From contig OZ281495.1 of assembly GCA_965637545.1 (NCBI GenBank), positions 7,874,001 to 7,938,000 on the forward strand: a DNA stretch of 64,000 nucleotides, given 5' to 3'. Source of the DNA: Phallusia mammillata. Lineage: Eukaryota. Made by a program: the position numbers and the translations under genes. The notes beneath the pieces were generated by a model. It worked only from the letters and a program-made list of their open reading frames with translations. It was not told the origin of the DNA and did not search any database. Below, one piece after another: positions 31,422 to 46,176 of this stretch; position 1 is the stretch's first letter, and each line of letters starts with the position of its first letter.

Positions 31422-34400
31422 TCAGATGGAAACAGCCAGTGGTATCTTTTCTGGCAGCAAATAGTCGTATGCTATCTTGGTGGCTTCGTTGCGGGAACGC
31501 ATAACCGACGACAAACGTTGCAGTTCGTCTCTGAAATGCACGACAGCCCGCTGAGCAGAATCTTCAATGAAGAGACTAGTGGGGTAGTCAGCCAAGTAGA
31601 TCTGTCATAAGTAAAGTGTAAATAACAACATAAATTTTACCGTAAAAGAAATAAAGATGATTAGATGAATCAAATACCGAAGTTTAACAAATTCGACCAG
31701 GAAGTTTTTTTTAGGAATACGGGGCTGTAATTTCTAAATGGGGATGTTCACCAAAAAAACTGCTACATCGAATAATGGGATCTTTTAGGCTTTTTATTGC
31801 TCTGACATCGTATTATGGTGATGGCCATTGTTGCCAGTGTAGCGGTTTTCCAGCCGAATTAGGCTGGTTTCGGATATCGAAATGAGTTTTTTTTCACTTT
31901 TGTAGTTTTTGGCGGGTCGCCAGAGCTTTTTTTAATTTAACGTGCATTTTAATATGTATGCGTTTTTGCAAGCAGGGTAATGATGGTAAAATTAACCTCG
32001 TATTGGGCTTGTTTATATTTTAAAGCTATCAGGTAATGGCAGAAACATATGCCCATCTTCACATTGAATGGAAATGGTAAAAACAAATAGTTTCAAAAAA
32101 ATTGGAATCAAATATGTTTCATTGCAATTTTACCTGGTCGTCTGGTTGTTTGGAGAAGATGTGAGAAACTGACGCTTGAAGACAGCTGAGTGGTTTGCTT
32201 GGAAGGGTTTGCATCACAGTATCATGAGTGGCCTTGAAATGTAAATACACAATCATTATATTTATGTTCAGAAGTTCATATCTCACAACAGATTTGAAGC
32301 ATTTCAACCTTGCCCTTCTCGATAGGCGGCGGCAAAGAGGTGCTGAATGGAGCATTTGGAACGTTGATGCAGATGTCAAAAATCCCGTTTGTCACTGCTG
32401 CGTAGCGACACGAAGCGGTGAAAATGATTGATGTCATAAAGTCGCACAGCTCATCCACTGTAAGAAAGCTGTTTGGGACACCTGAAATCATAACAACAGA
32501 ATTTCAATCGCTTGAAGGCGACCAGAAGCTTCAGTCTTACTCCATTTGATTCAGTTTTTGCCACTCTTAAAAGGCCTTTTACTCAATTTAAATCAGATTT
32601 TCAAAGAACAAAGCATGTACAAAATACACAAGCTGTAAGCAAACGCTTAATTTGAGTTTGTTCTGAAATCAAATTGTCAGCTGTAAAACGTACGCCCAAA
32701 GTTAAGATTGACCAATAATTTCTTTTTGCAGACTGGTTTCGCAACATCAAAACGCTTAGAATACGCATGGATGTGATAAACTATAGTTCCCAATGCTACC
32801 TTTGTCTTTTCCGTCCTGCCAGGCAAAACCTTCATTCCGAATTTCTTTAATACATTTTTGGAGTTCCTCGTCCTCTTGTACTTCCTGCAGGTACAGTCAA
32901 ATACTTAGTAGTCATTTTACCCACAATATAAATAGCCATTTTCCCCCACTTTTAAACTATACACTTTTTATTTTGAAGTCATTTATGCTTTATGGTATTG
33001 GAAACAGGTTTCGACCAAAATAAATTTATGCTAACTTACTAAACATTTTATTTTTGGAATTATTTGTTTAAACAAACATGGAAGTCGCTACGTCCTTTGC
33101 GCGGCTGGCGTTTATCAACATGAAACTCAATCTGATATACCTCGTTTCCCTGGTAAAATATTCCCATAATTTTGCCCGTGAAGCGCCGAATACAATCCCA
33201 CAGCATCAAGGCATCGTCTCTGAAGTAATAACTCGGCAGTTTGGAACGGTCGTCGGTGCCGTTGGAGGCAAGCAGTTTCCGAATGTTGAGTTGATCGTAA
33301 TCGAAGTTACGGAAAGCGGATTGCAGAATATGCTGCTGCGAACCACCACCTGAAGAAAGTACAAATATTTGGTTTCAAAACGGGACCCGAAAGTACAAGC
33401 CCAAAACTCGACCAAAAAAAACTAGAATCCGACTTAAAGAAATCCAAAATCGGACCCATTAATAAGAAATATCAAGGCAAAATAATGGCACAAGAAATGT
33501 GCAGTCAGGTCCAAATCAAACCTGTTTTATTCAACCTTAAAAGGCCTGTGGTGATTAACATTTTCAAGGTGAAGAATAACAATGAGCATAAGTTTAGTCG
33601 ACAATTTGTTTAACTCCGTCCAAATATATGAAATTGGTTTCGACGCAGATGACTAGACTTGTGTCACATGAAGAGGGTTTAACCTCTATCCATAGTTTCC
33701 TCTGTAGTTTTATGACCCATAACGTTCGATCATCGCAAATATATTTCCGACTTTGTGATTGTTATAGTGCGATTGTTTCGAGTAACATAAACTTAACACC
33801 ATTGATATTATATGAGTCATTGTTTTCTATTTTGAATTATTATTTTTTCTAGTGCTATTTGAATTTGTAAATCCACACGCCAGTTTATTCTTGTCAAGTC
33901 TTTAGTCAACAGACATAACTTTCTCAAGCTGCCAAACGCCGGGCGAGAGAATATTTACTTAATACAAACTACAAGGTTAAAGAGTTGCCAAAACGGTTAA
34001 AAATAAGAAGCATGTCAAATCCATACATGGCAGGCGAAAATCGAGTCGTTTATTTTTTTACACCATGCCTTACCGAACGACAAGAGACGGTCCAGTACGC
34101 CGCCGTTAGCCAGCAGTTGTTTTCGAAGAACCATGTTTCCACCACAAACATAACGAAGATGCGGGGTAAGGAGTTTCAGCACTGGGTGGTTGGCAGACAA
34201 ACAACGACTGATTCCCAAAGCAAACGGCTCCAAAACAAGATGAGTCTGAAGTACTTTTTCTGCCAACTAAGAAATACAGATTGAGATTTTGGTTGCGATA
34301 TCTTGGCTTGCTTTTGGTTTTTATTATAGTTTATTGAAGTGAATCCTAACTCGAGGTTTGTGGCCCTAAGCCTAAAGGATCAGATACTCACGGTCAATAA

Positions 34401-37400
34401 GCAGAGAATTTACAACGAATTTTTAGGTTTCATAAAAGTTGGTAAAAATGCTTTTTTTAATAATGCTATTTGTTTATCCGACAAATCAAATGGATTTCGG
34501 TTTCTGATCTACATTTTAATCTTTTCCGTGCCCATTTTGATTGAGGTATAATGTACACAGTTTGCCAAAAGAGCTTGATGTAGGCTACATTTACGTGAAG
34601 CTATTAAACAGTGTTTTTTTGCAAAAATTGGGAATGCCTTGTACTATTACTTTGCGTGCAAAACTATAGATACAAGCAGCGCAATTTATCCGACCCTTAC
34701 CATCTGCACGTTGCTCTCAGCGTTCCGAAAATACATCTTTGCGATCATCCAGTCACAATCAGAGTCATTGGGCGTCCAAATCGAGTTATTGGGGCCCGGT
34801 CGCTGCCATAGCTGAATTGCGATTGGTACCAAGTTCTTCTTATAGTTCGCGTAAAGCAAACACATTGGAGTGCAAGAGAAGAAGACAGAGTTGTTAAGAG
34901 GGTTGCGGCCGCAAGGAAGCCCTTCCAACATCTGTAAGTCTACGATGTAAATGTTGCCATCCTGTATAGAGGAAAAAACGATGATTAAAGACGAAATGTT
35001 ATTCATACAGCAAAAGTTTTTTAACGAGACTGGCACTCAACCCTGTAAGCACAGATAGAGGGCCAGCTTCATGGAGCAATTCAGTATGACGCATCAGGTT
35101 CTTACTCGTATTGCCATTATTATACCCCATAGGGAGATTTAGAGATTATTTGGCGACGCAAGAGTAAAAATAGTTGGCAAAGACCAGTCGAAAAGCTGCG
35201 AAGTTTTGTGAGCATGAAGTGTTTTTTTAATAATTTTCTTGGGTAAATGATTGGTGGATTAATTTAAACACCTTTATTTCTTCTTCCAACGTCATGCCTC
35301 TCGTGAGCAGTGATCCCACCATCGAGTTGGTCACTGGAAACTTCTTCGGAATAACATCGCATCTCTTTAGCACAGTGGGATCGCAACCGTTCATGATCTG
35401 ACGCCCAAACTCCTCATCTCTTTCCCAGCTACAAGGTATAGTTACATTCATTTATGACAAGGTATATCAATGACTGGTGTTCAAACAAGAAATGCCAATC
35501 ACTTCTTAAACAATTAAACATAAAGGAAATTGCGGGGTTAAGCACAGACAATTACCACAACGTACTTGTATTTAACCGAACAGTTTTGAAAAAGATTTTA
35601 TCAGAACCAAATAAGCACTTGCCAATCATATCAAAAGAAACAAAAAATTTTCTATTCATTTGACTAGAAATTTTCATGTGAACTTTAGTAGCCACTTAAA
35701 AAAGGGTAAATGTAGATATAATGTTTCTTACTTCTGGTGATAATCAGGAATCTTCGGGAGCTTGGGATGAGTGAATACGTTCTTAATTTCTGTCAGGTTC
35801 TCACATTTGTCGAAAACCCCTTAACGGCAAACAAACCAGGTTAGTATGGACATCAAAAAGGTTTATAATAAAACTGGTTTTACTATTAATTAGTAAGTGT
35901 TGGCAAACAACAAAATGCAGATGTTTGTTTGTGCAACAGCATACCTTGAAATTTATCAAAAAGATAATTCTTTGAATTCTTCCTGGATTCGTCGAATTCC
36001 TTCATCATTCCTTCATCCAACCGAAAGTTACGCGGCAAATCTTCCATACAGTCACCGGCCATGTAACCTTCAAAAAACGTTTGGTTGCCAATTTTAAGTA
36101 AAATTACAAACAAATGTTTCAGTAAATGGACGCATAACAAGTGCCAATAATCCATTTTTGGTAAGAATGTTTTGTACATATTTTTTGCACAAAAATATTT
36201 AGCCCAACTGAAATTAGCTAGAAGGTCATTTGGATTGGGTGTTTTCATAAATCGTCACATGATTGATACCTGGCAACCCTTGAGCCTCCTCGTCATCTTG
36301 ACAACGCCACTTGATGTCGCGCTTTTTCATGGCGAGTTCGTTCTTTCGATGGGAAATGAGGACAGGGTTCTCCTCGTGCTGAGGAAGCTTTGCTGCAAAG
36401 TCGTTCCGATTGTTTGAACACAGAATAAGTAAACAAATATCAACAGTAAACAAGACCAATCGGCTTTCTTGTTCCTCAAATAAACATACAGTAAATGGAA
36501 ACGGAAGCTTTTATATTTTAAAAAGAAATAATTTTGGTCTAAATGTTTTTGCACGGGTCGTAAAGAATTCCGAGTCTTTCGGAGTTATTTAATGTATGCT
36601 TAAAGTTGTTTTGTCACAGACCATGTTTTTTCATGTGGTTGGAACCCAGGTCGCTCCCTAGGACAAATTTCGTTAAGTTTTTTTCAAGATGTCTGTATAC
36701 AGGCGACGTAAGCGCACTAAACCACTTGGGCAATTTCTTGTCACAGTCACATTAGATTTTACCTGTTCCGATAGCAACATCGGTCGTGCCTGTGACCCAC
36801 ATGTTAATAGGAAACCTGTAAATGGCGCTGTCACCACCTTTTTGGATCGTCACCGACACGACATACCAGTCAGCGAACATTCCCGATTCGTCGTATTCTG
36901 AAACGTAATGCACATGTTTCTATTGCAGAAATCTTACGAGAAAGTAAAGAGTTTGAATTTGGAAAATTTGTCTTTTAAACGGCACGATCGAACGCTTCAA
37001 TGTTTGGCAAGACACAAACTTGTTACAATTTTGCCATTATGAAGTCGTTACATAAACTGTAACTTGATGATATATGATGGGTACAACAGGACAGCAACTT
37101 CTTAAAAAACAGTAACTAAGTTACAAAAAATAAGACATTATTTTATGTGTAATTTACACTTTTTCAAATTAGTTTTATAAAATTATACTTCAGTAAGGTT
37201 ATAAAGCCGCATAGGCGAAATATACTTATCTTCAATTCACAAAAATGAATGACTTGATGTCCTAATAATTTTGAATCAATAGTGTCACAAAACTGTTCAC
37301 GTTACTTACTGATGGTCAGAATGACAGGCTGACCAATGTCCTCTAACTTGACCTTGAAGCGGTCCACTCGGCCCCGTTCAAAATCGTCATGGAAGGAATT

Positions 37401-37842
37401 ATCGAGTTTTGCCAGCGACGTCTTATCACCGCTAGCGCCAGTAATCGCGATCGAAACATTTGAATCTGTGCCGGCATATTTCATCGAACCAGTCTAAATA
37501 TTAAGAAGACGTAACTACGCCACAGATTTAAAAGGTGGGCTTGACTAACACGAAGTGACTTTTTATCATGGTTAAATAGGTTTGAAAGACATATTTGTTT
37601 ATTTAGTCACTAGGAACAATATCTGTTGCAAATTTCGCTTTTTGTCCGAAAACGCCATTTAGCATCAACATGTGGTTTAGTCACTGTTGAATATGATGTA
37701 AAGAAAACTTTTTTTAAAATTGTCATAGAAAACTTACCGTGACAGTGATACTGTAAACAACCTTTCCTTCATCACGAAACGGACTTGGAGGAATCAAATG
37801 CTGCATAGCGTTCGACTTGATGTTGCGGAAGTTTTCCAACAT
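31422..37842 (-). CDS. Lipoxygenase-fold protein (PLAT + LOX domain), 704 aa, iron ligands largely substituted
   Basis: 14 GT-AG exons, all in phase (2115 nt): 37842-37738, 37493-37310, 36897-36763, 36392-36270, 36067-35945, 35819-35732, 35428-35272, 34961-34701, 34266-34074, 33349-33141, 32884-32800, 32481-32309, 32232-32134, 31601-31422. Motifs AGTDSNV..DDFERG (PLAT), WERDEEFGRQIMNG, VPIAIQL, HPVLKLLTPH, YYFRDDAL, PNAP; ends VSI*. Confidence 0.93.
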
Positions 37843-38925
37843 TTTGAATTCAAACTTGGGTTAAATGAGAACGGAAAAGAAGTAAAGATAGAGTGTGGGT
37901 TTTCACGAACTTACGCTGTGTCTGAAATAGTAAAAACAATTATCTCTCAAGTTACGCTTTTTGCTTATGGTTAAAAAAACACTTGCATGTACACAATAAT
38001 ACAGAAGTCTAATTGTGCATAATTGGAACTTTATGCAATACACAGTTGATATGAAACCCTTGCAGTCCGTTTTCGAAACTTTTTGTAGGACTCTATCTAT
38101 CAACTGTTTCTGAAACTAAAAACTACAACGCTTTACAACGTGAACTGATGTACTACCCCTTCCGTAGCCTGTTTCTGATTCCAAGTGCTGCGACTGGTGA
38201 TTTGGTGCCTTACACTGTGCGTTATATATACCTTGAAAACAATCAACTAGCGCTACTTTAAACCAGCGAGTGTAAATATAACTTACTTTCGTAGCACTAA
38301 GTTGCGGATAATCTGGTATTTAGGTGGTATATTTGTGAAAGCGTAATGGTGTAAAATATTAGCGCATATGCCGAGCGCGCGAAAGAGAGATTATACGTTT
38401 GCAAAGTGCGACTTAAAGTAACGCTAACGCACTTTAGGATTAGCTTAATTGGTGAAGTTCAAATAGAAACCTAATACAACCAGTTTTATGTTCTAAAAAA
38501 AGAATCGCTAATAACAATTGTGGTTATTGAGTTAAGCAACGGGCTTTCAGCCTATTATTTAACCATGTGTTGTCAAACATAAATAAATGAACAATAACTT
38601 TGTCTGATGTATAGTAGGACAAAGTTTTTCGCCCACTTAACTTATCTCAATAAAAGCCACGTTAGTTTAGCCGTTGTGTCAAACGGTGCAATTTGAATCT
38701 CCCTCTTTATAAAGTGAAGTGAAAATAGCTTTCGGATATCCGATGTTTTCATAGTTTCAGGTTTCAATCGTAGTATCATCCGACTGTTGTTGTTTGTATT
38801 GCTTCCAATCTTCTCCGTTCGAACATTCCGTTGGGTGCGTACAAATTACAAGTGATTTGATGCCAAGGCAAAGCAATGACAACGTAAAAGAGAACGTCAA
38901 ATGACCGAACCAAGAAGTATCAAAG

Positions 38926-39205
38926 CAGTGTTGTAAGTCGGGCCGGGTTCGGGCTTAGATTTCTTAAAAAACGGGATTGATTCGGGACTGACGTTACACT
39001 CTGTGTCAGTATTTTTTGAATAAATTTAAGTTTCTAAGTAGCCAGCTGCTGGACTCGACCTAATGTCAAACAACTCGCCTTGTTCAAGGCCAATTGTCTA
39101 TTATGCTTATTGTCTTGGTCTTTCCTGAAGTTTTAATGTGTAGGTGTGTCAATCAAACTTTCGGGCCGGGTTCGGGGTCTAGTTTCAGGCCCGTTTACAA
39201 CTCTG
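38926..39205. mobile_element. hAT-like MITE, same family as 52655-52955
   Basis: Termini CAGTGTTGTAAGTCGGG / CCCGTTTACAACTCTG, TTCGGG(C) subterminal repeats, internal similarity to the 52.7-kb copy. Confidence 0.75.
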
Positions 39206-39801
39206 TATTGAACGCAAAGCATAGAAACATTACGTTCAGCTTATTGGATACTTATGCCCTAATTCCTAAACATTTTTGTGTCATGTCATAATGTAAAGGT
39301 TTTTGTGCTACGGGCTGGAAACTCGAGCCAGATCGCAGATTAAGTTAAAAAACTGGTTTGATTTGCAATGCGGGCACATTTGTTTTACAATATCGATTTA
39401 ATTATGTGACAGCTTAATACGTCAATTTTTGGTAATTTTTGCCGTTCAAACAAAAATCCAAAATCCAAAATCATTTATAGTTAAATGTTGTGAAAATGAA
39501 ACAAAAAATTGTTATTTTTTACAGGGTTCGAACCAGGATGCTTTGTAGCGCCCTGGACCATTTTGCAGTTGATGTGTAGTGCAAGTACAATGAAAATATC
39601 TGTGGTCAAAAGTAATGCTTGTTTTCTGTTTTGAATAGAGCGTCGCGGATGTTATTTTGATTCATTAAAGCCGACAACGCTCTTTGTGACGCAGACAATT
39701 TCCTTTTTCTACAACGGTTGTTGTTATTTATGTTAAAGCTGTATTTTTGGTAATTTAGGCTAGCGCTAAAATGAATTAGTTGTTCAACGATTTTTGTCGC
39801 T

Positions 39802-42800
39802 ATGCCTGCCAAAGAAGTCAAAACGGCAACCGAGGTTATTCTGTACTGGCCGAATATTATAGGTAAGTGGTGTGGATTTAAACTAGTGTCTTATAGCTTG
39901 GTTTTCTTTCCATAATCTTCGTACAAATGTTCATTTAGAGCAAAGTCGTGCCGGACTTTTTGGGCCGTGTTCAGACTTCCAACAAAACGTGCTTGATTTG
40001 CGCCAGACTTCGCAATTGACTTGATTTGTGCCGTCATTTTAAAAACTTTCGGGCTTGTTTTTACATGAAAAAAAAAAAAACGTTTTGAGCCGGTATTCGG
40101 GCGGTGTACACTTTCGGGTTCTGGCCCGGTTCGGATCCGGTTCTTTTGTGGTTAAAGCTAACTTCCAAACGCTAATGCCACAAAGGCATGTCGCTTTTAA
40201 ATTGGTTATAGAAAAATCGGATTATCATTAAATTAATAAGCAAATTACAAAAAAACGTGCCTTTGAAGCAGAGTGTACAAAACATTTAAGTTAATTTGTG
40301 CATGATTTTACTGTAATGGTAAATCCTTGTGTATGATTCTATGTTTAAGGCTACCTTCGGTTTGTTTTAATTCTGGTGACGTTCTGGTATATGTCGACAA
40401 ACTACATCTTCGCTACAATTACGTTTATTGCAAACATACTTCTTGACTGCGTGGATGGGAGAGTTGCAAGACATTTTGATCAGGCTAGTGTTATTTCTTT
40501 AACTTTTTTACTTCCAGTGGCTTAACGACAATTTACGCCAATAACTGAAATTTAAAGCCTCTTGTCACATCACCATTATTTTTATTAGCGTTTGCGTAGG
40601 TAATGCGGTTATTAAATGCAAATAGGATACACTGGGTAGGCTGAGGCAACTGACGGATGGCGAAGGTTATCAAGTCAGCCACCCGGGTTCACAAATAAAA
40701 TTTAACAGGCAAAAAAGAAAAAGTCACACGACTGGAGTGATTGAATAATTGCAACTAGTCAGTGTGCGCAAATACGCTATTGATGTACTCTATTGGCCTG
40801 TAAATTTATATGTTCATACCACGTGGTTACTATCCTTTTTGAATGCGGAAAATCTATGAACACCATACCTCACGGAAGATCCAGATTTAGCTAATTTTCG
40901 ATAGGTGGCGCAAAGAGCAGTTTTTACATTTAAAACGTTATATCTTTAAAAATGCTCACGGTTACGGCTATAAGGGTCGTGGTAAGGTTTTTGCATTTAA
41001 AATTCAATAAAACTAGCAAAATAACTTAGTTACTGACGTAAAGTTTTCAAAACTTATTTCCCAATCCCTCTTTAGGCGCAAATTAAATAATTCAGCTCTT
41101 TACGCCACTTATCGAAAATTAGCTAAATGTGGATCTCCCGTGAGGTATATGGTGTTAATAGCTCTACCTTCGAATGCTCGGTTCCCGATAAAAATGATGG
41201 GTATAGCAGAACAACAGGAAAAGGTATATTGAGTGCAGAGCAACCACTGAGTAAAGCATAAATGTATAATCAATTACTTTCAGTGTTCAAAGTACGGAGA
41301 ACTGCTTGACATCGTACTGGACAGATTCGGAAACGTTGGCTTCATCATACAAATCTCCCAATATTTTCCCGACTATACATTTTTCATGCAACTATGGCAA
41401 GTCCGGGTTAAAATCTAAAAACGGATGCACCAAGCAGTGTTTCATGAAATACATTAGTGCCAAAAATATTTGATGGAGCTGGATTTGAATATATAAGTTA
41501 CTATAGTAACTATATAAGGAACTATAGTTAAAAAACTATAAAAATATGTACTAATACAGTAATCGTCGCCCAAAAATGGCATCAATTTTTCCTTAATGAA
41601 ATATATTCATGATAACAGGGCGTTCAACGAGTTCGCTGCTTCTTGGGTGCATTTGCATGCTTCTACACTAATGGGCTACAAATTTACATCAGGCAAAGAA
41701 AAGAATCATCTTATTCTGGCGTGGGCATACACTGAGGTGAATAGCCTTATCTGTTGTTAGGCTAAAGCAGGGGTGGGGAACCTGCGGCCTTTTAGGGCAC
41801 AAAGTGCGGCCTTCGATGTTAAAATATATTTTAGGATGTTGAAATTACAAACTGCACCGGGCGCTAAAAAGTAGACAGCAACGTATTTTTCGATCTTTAT
41901 TCCTCATTACTATTTGATTGGTTCTAAGGCAGCAGTTTTCAAATTAGACCCAAACGGATCCCATAGTGGTTTAGATGGCGATTTCCGTAGTACTACAAAG
42001 AGCCCAAGATTCTACAATCTTACTTGTGTTGCAAAAGAACAATTTTTTGCACATAATCGAATGTCTTAAACTTGTCTGTGATGTCACAAGGTGCTCTTAG
42101 ATCATTGATATTTGTAAACAACCGAGTTTCTAGGTTCAAAAAATCCTGAATGTTGTAGTTAAGGTTGAAATGTAGTAAGGAATTATATTTAGCTTGGGCC
42201 GTAAGTGCTACAACTCTACAAGGGAATAGCAAAACGACCATTCTGTACGTCACTAAGTTTGAACACCAGTATCCTTGGCCTAGGAAATAGTCCATGCGGC
42301 CTAAACGACTATTAATAAATTGTTTAGTGGCCTTTATAAACAAAAAGGTTCCCCACCCCTGGGCTAAAGTATGATTTATAATGAAAAACAATGGACTGGT
42401 AAAGTTACTCGAATTTTACGTTTCCACAGCCTATATTTAGCATTTGGTGGTTCGGATCAGAGCTATTCTTCATTCTCCTTTACCTTCTACATTTCACCGA
42501 GGGATCAATTGGTAAGTGGTAGGCCAAAATTCGGTTATTCCTCAACTAGTTTTCGTGCAGTCAAATACAACACCAAGTGATCAGACTATAGCTTAGCCCT
42601 AACCCTTGATTTCGTTGTTAATGTTGGGGCGTGGAATAATGCAATAGCCTACAGTCAACGCCTAATTAAAAGGTTATTTTGTGCATTTTTAACGTACCTA
42701 CATAGCCCTCTTGTAGTTGAACCGTATTTACTCGATTGGAAGCAGCATGTTAAGGTGTAAAGAAATTAATACAAGCTGACCTTAATTGCAAAACAAATTT

Positions 42801-43214
42801 GGACGCCAAATTAGTCAAAAAATAAGTTTGGATATAATATCGGTATAATTGAAATGTAAGCCCCACAAAATGTATTTATAAAAGTATACGAGTCGCGACA
42901 TACAAATAAGGTATGTCAAATTTTGTTTGTAAGTTTTTGAAATATATAACACAGCCTTTCAGGCAAATCCACCTATAACGCGTGCACGCGGCCTAACATT
43001 TTGTAACCTTTCGTGTAGTCCGATAAAGAGTTTAAACATGTTAACATGCTAGTAAGCTGTTGTTTTTAAAGTTCCAGGTACCAACGTTGGTCTCATCCGA
43101 CTTTCGTTTATGGCAATGCTTCCCATTTTTGTCGTGCGGACTTTGATTGGATTCGCACAAATCGTTAGTGCTACGATTCGTCTAGCCAAGTTTGATGCTA
43201 AGGCAAAGCAGTGA
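39802..43214 (+). CDS. CDIPT: CDP-diacylglycerol--inositol 3-phosphatidyltransferase (PI synthase)-like, 216 aa
   Basis: Exons 39802-39862, 40350-40483, 41284-41396, 41619-41736, 42430-42511, 43072-43214. CDP-alcohol phosphotransferase motif DCVDGRVARHFDQCSKYGELLDIVLD, PNIIGY, WVHLHAS, SELFFILLYL. Introns 2 and 3 need GC donors. Confidence 0.88.
40861..41154. mobile_element. MITE with ~60-bp TIRs, TTAA-type (piggyBac-like) ends
   Basis: 40861-40920 is an inverted repeat of 41093-41154 (CACCATA..CTCACGG..GATCC..ATTTAGCTAATTTTCGATA). Flanks TGAA / TTAA. Confidence 0.75.
41768..42361. mobile_element. hAT-Charlie-like non-autonomous element in CDIPT intron 4
   Basis: TIR CAGGGGTGGGGAACCT / AGGTTCCCCACCCCTG, perfect TSD GGCTAAAG. 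Confidence 0.92.
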
Positions 43215-44223
43215 CAACTTCAACTGAATAGGCCAATGGAATCATTTACGGCTTTGGACAATATACATTTTTATTTAGCAATAAAGGCACCGTGTGGTTT
43301 AGATTTGAAAATATGCCCTGTGAGATTAGGTTTCGCAAAAACTCGGGCCACGAATATTGTATTAGTTTCTATTGAATTCCTATTTGTTTGTAAATACAGT
43401 TTGTTTTGCAGCAGTGTGCACTGCTCGTGTATTGTTGACTCGTTACATTAAAAGCTAGATTTGTCAGCCTAATTGTTTTTCGGACCACAGATCATTCGGG
43501 TACAAGAATCGTTTTAAACGACGCATGGAAACCGCCACTTTAATCAGAAAGCATAAATTGCATCCAACACAATGCTATTGCTCAAAAGCCACCTGGGCAT
43601 TTATAAACAACACAATTAAAAAGGATGACAGTACTGGACGCAAAGAAAGCAGAGGTACGGGCACGCGCTCCTTTACCAGAGCGTATCACCACACCACTGT
43701 ACTGGTGGGCATAATGTTGATGAAACGGCCACTTTTAAATCGTTACCACTGGCAAAAAATGCTGACATCGCCTGAAAAGATGTTTATGGCATGATTTCAT
43801 TACAATGTCACTGTACCAAATAAGGACTTTAAAGGTTGATGACGTCATTGCTTAATATTTTGTGCTTACGGGACTGACCGCTATGCAAAAGGAAGCAAAC
43901 TAGCACATGAGATTAACTCAACCTTGCTTTGATATTAAAGTTTGCTACAAAATTTCAGTCTCTTCTGGGCCAATGATTCGACATTAAAATTTGCTTTTGA
44001 AAATTACACATTGTCGCTGCAAGAGCCCATCGTAGAAAATACTACTGTCCTTCACACTCGCATTCAAAATCAAGCTCCGAAATTTTTGTTTAACAGCCAG
44101 TCCTGTTTTCACTATATCAGCGACAAGGTCGAGCCATCACCTTTTTTCACTGAGAAGGGGCTAGTCTACCTCTCTGATAATGTCATTAAAACAATAACGT
44201 TTAATCAAAAATATTTTATTCTC

Positions 44224-44303
44224 GTGCATCAAGCTCAGAAACACTAATCCACACATTGCGTTTCAGAACGGCGAGTGATAAGTTTTCATCATCGCTTGAG
44301 CAC
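44224..44303 (-). ncRNA. Box C/D snoRNA, paralogue 2, downstream of RPS27A
   Basis: C box ATGATGA, D' CTGA, D CTGA, terminal stem TCAAGC/GCTTGA. Guide TCACTCGCCGT is complementary to conserved 28S ACGGCGAGUGA. Confidence 0.8.
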
Positions 44304-44415
44304 AAAAAAGTTATTGACAGAAATTACAAAAGTCAGTAGCTTGCATCTCAACAAATCCAGTACAACAAAACTTTTGGTGAACATTTTATTTTGAAAACAT
44401 CCAAGTGCTTGCAAT

Positions 44416-45934
<1,519 letters not shown>

Positions 45935-46176
45935 TGTGGTTTTCTGTAAAACATATCATCCTCAGTTTGTGAAAACCTAGACATGTCATGTAACAGAAAC
46001 CACTCAACAAATCTTTGAAGCTTATAACTGCAAAGAGCAGGTCTCGCATAGTATTATTTACAATAAACTTCGTTGGATAAGGCGAATTTACAGTTTGCAA
46101 CAAAAGTGTAACTTTTTAAAACTTAAAAAAATAAGAAAATTCAAAAATTTCGACCCCCCAAAAAAACACGACCTAC

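Noticed and set aside
39524-39560. tRNA B-box-like GGGTTCGAACC
   Set aside because: No cloverleaf or A box could be built; at most a SINE remnant.
44105-44195. Possible additional C/D snoRNA (ATGACA...CTGA) on the minus strand
   Set aside because: The C box is non-consensus, the terminal stem is offset and I recognised no guide.
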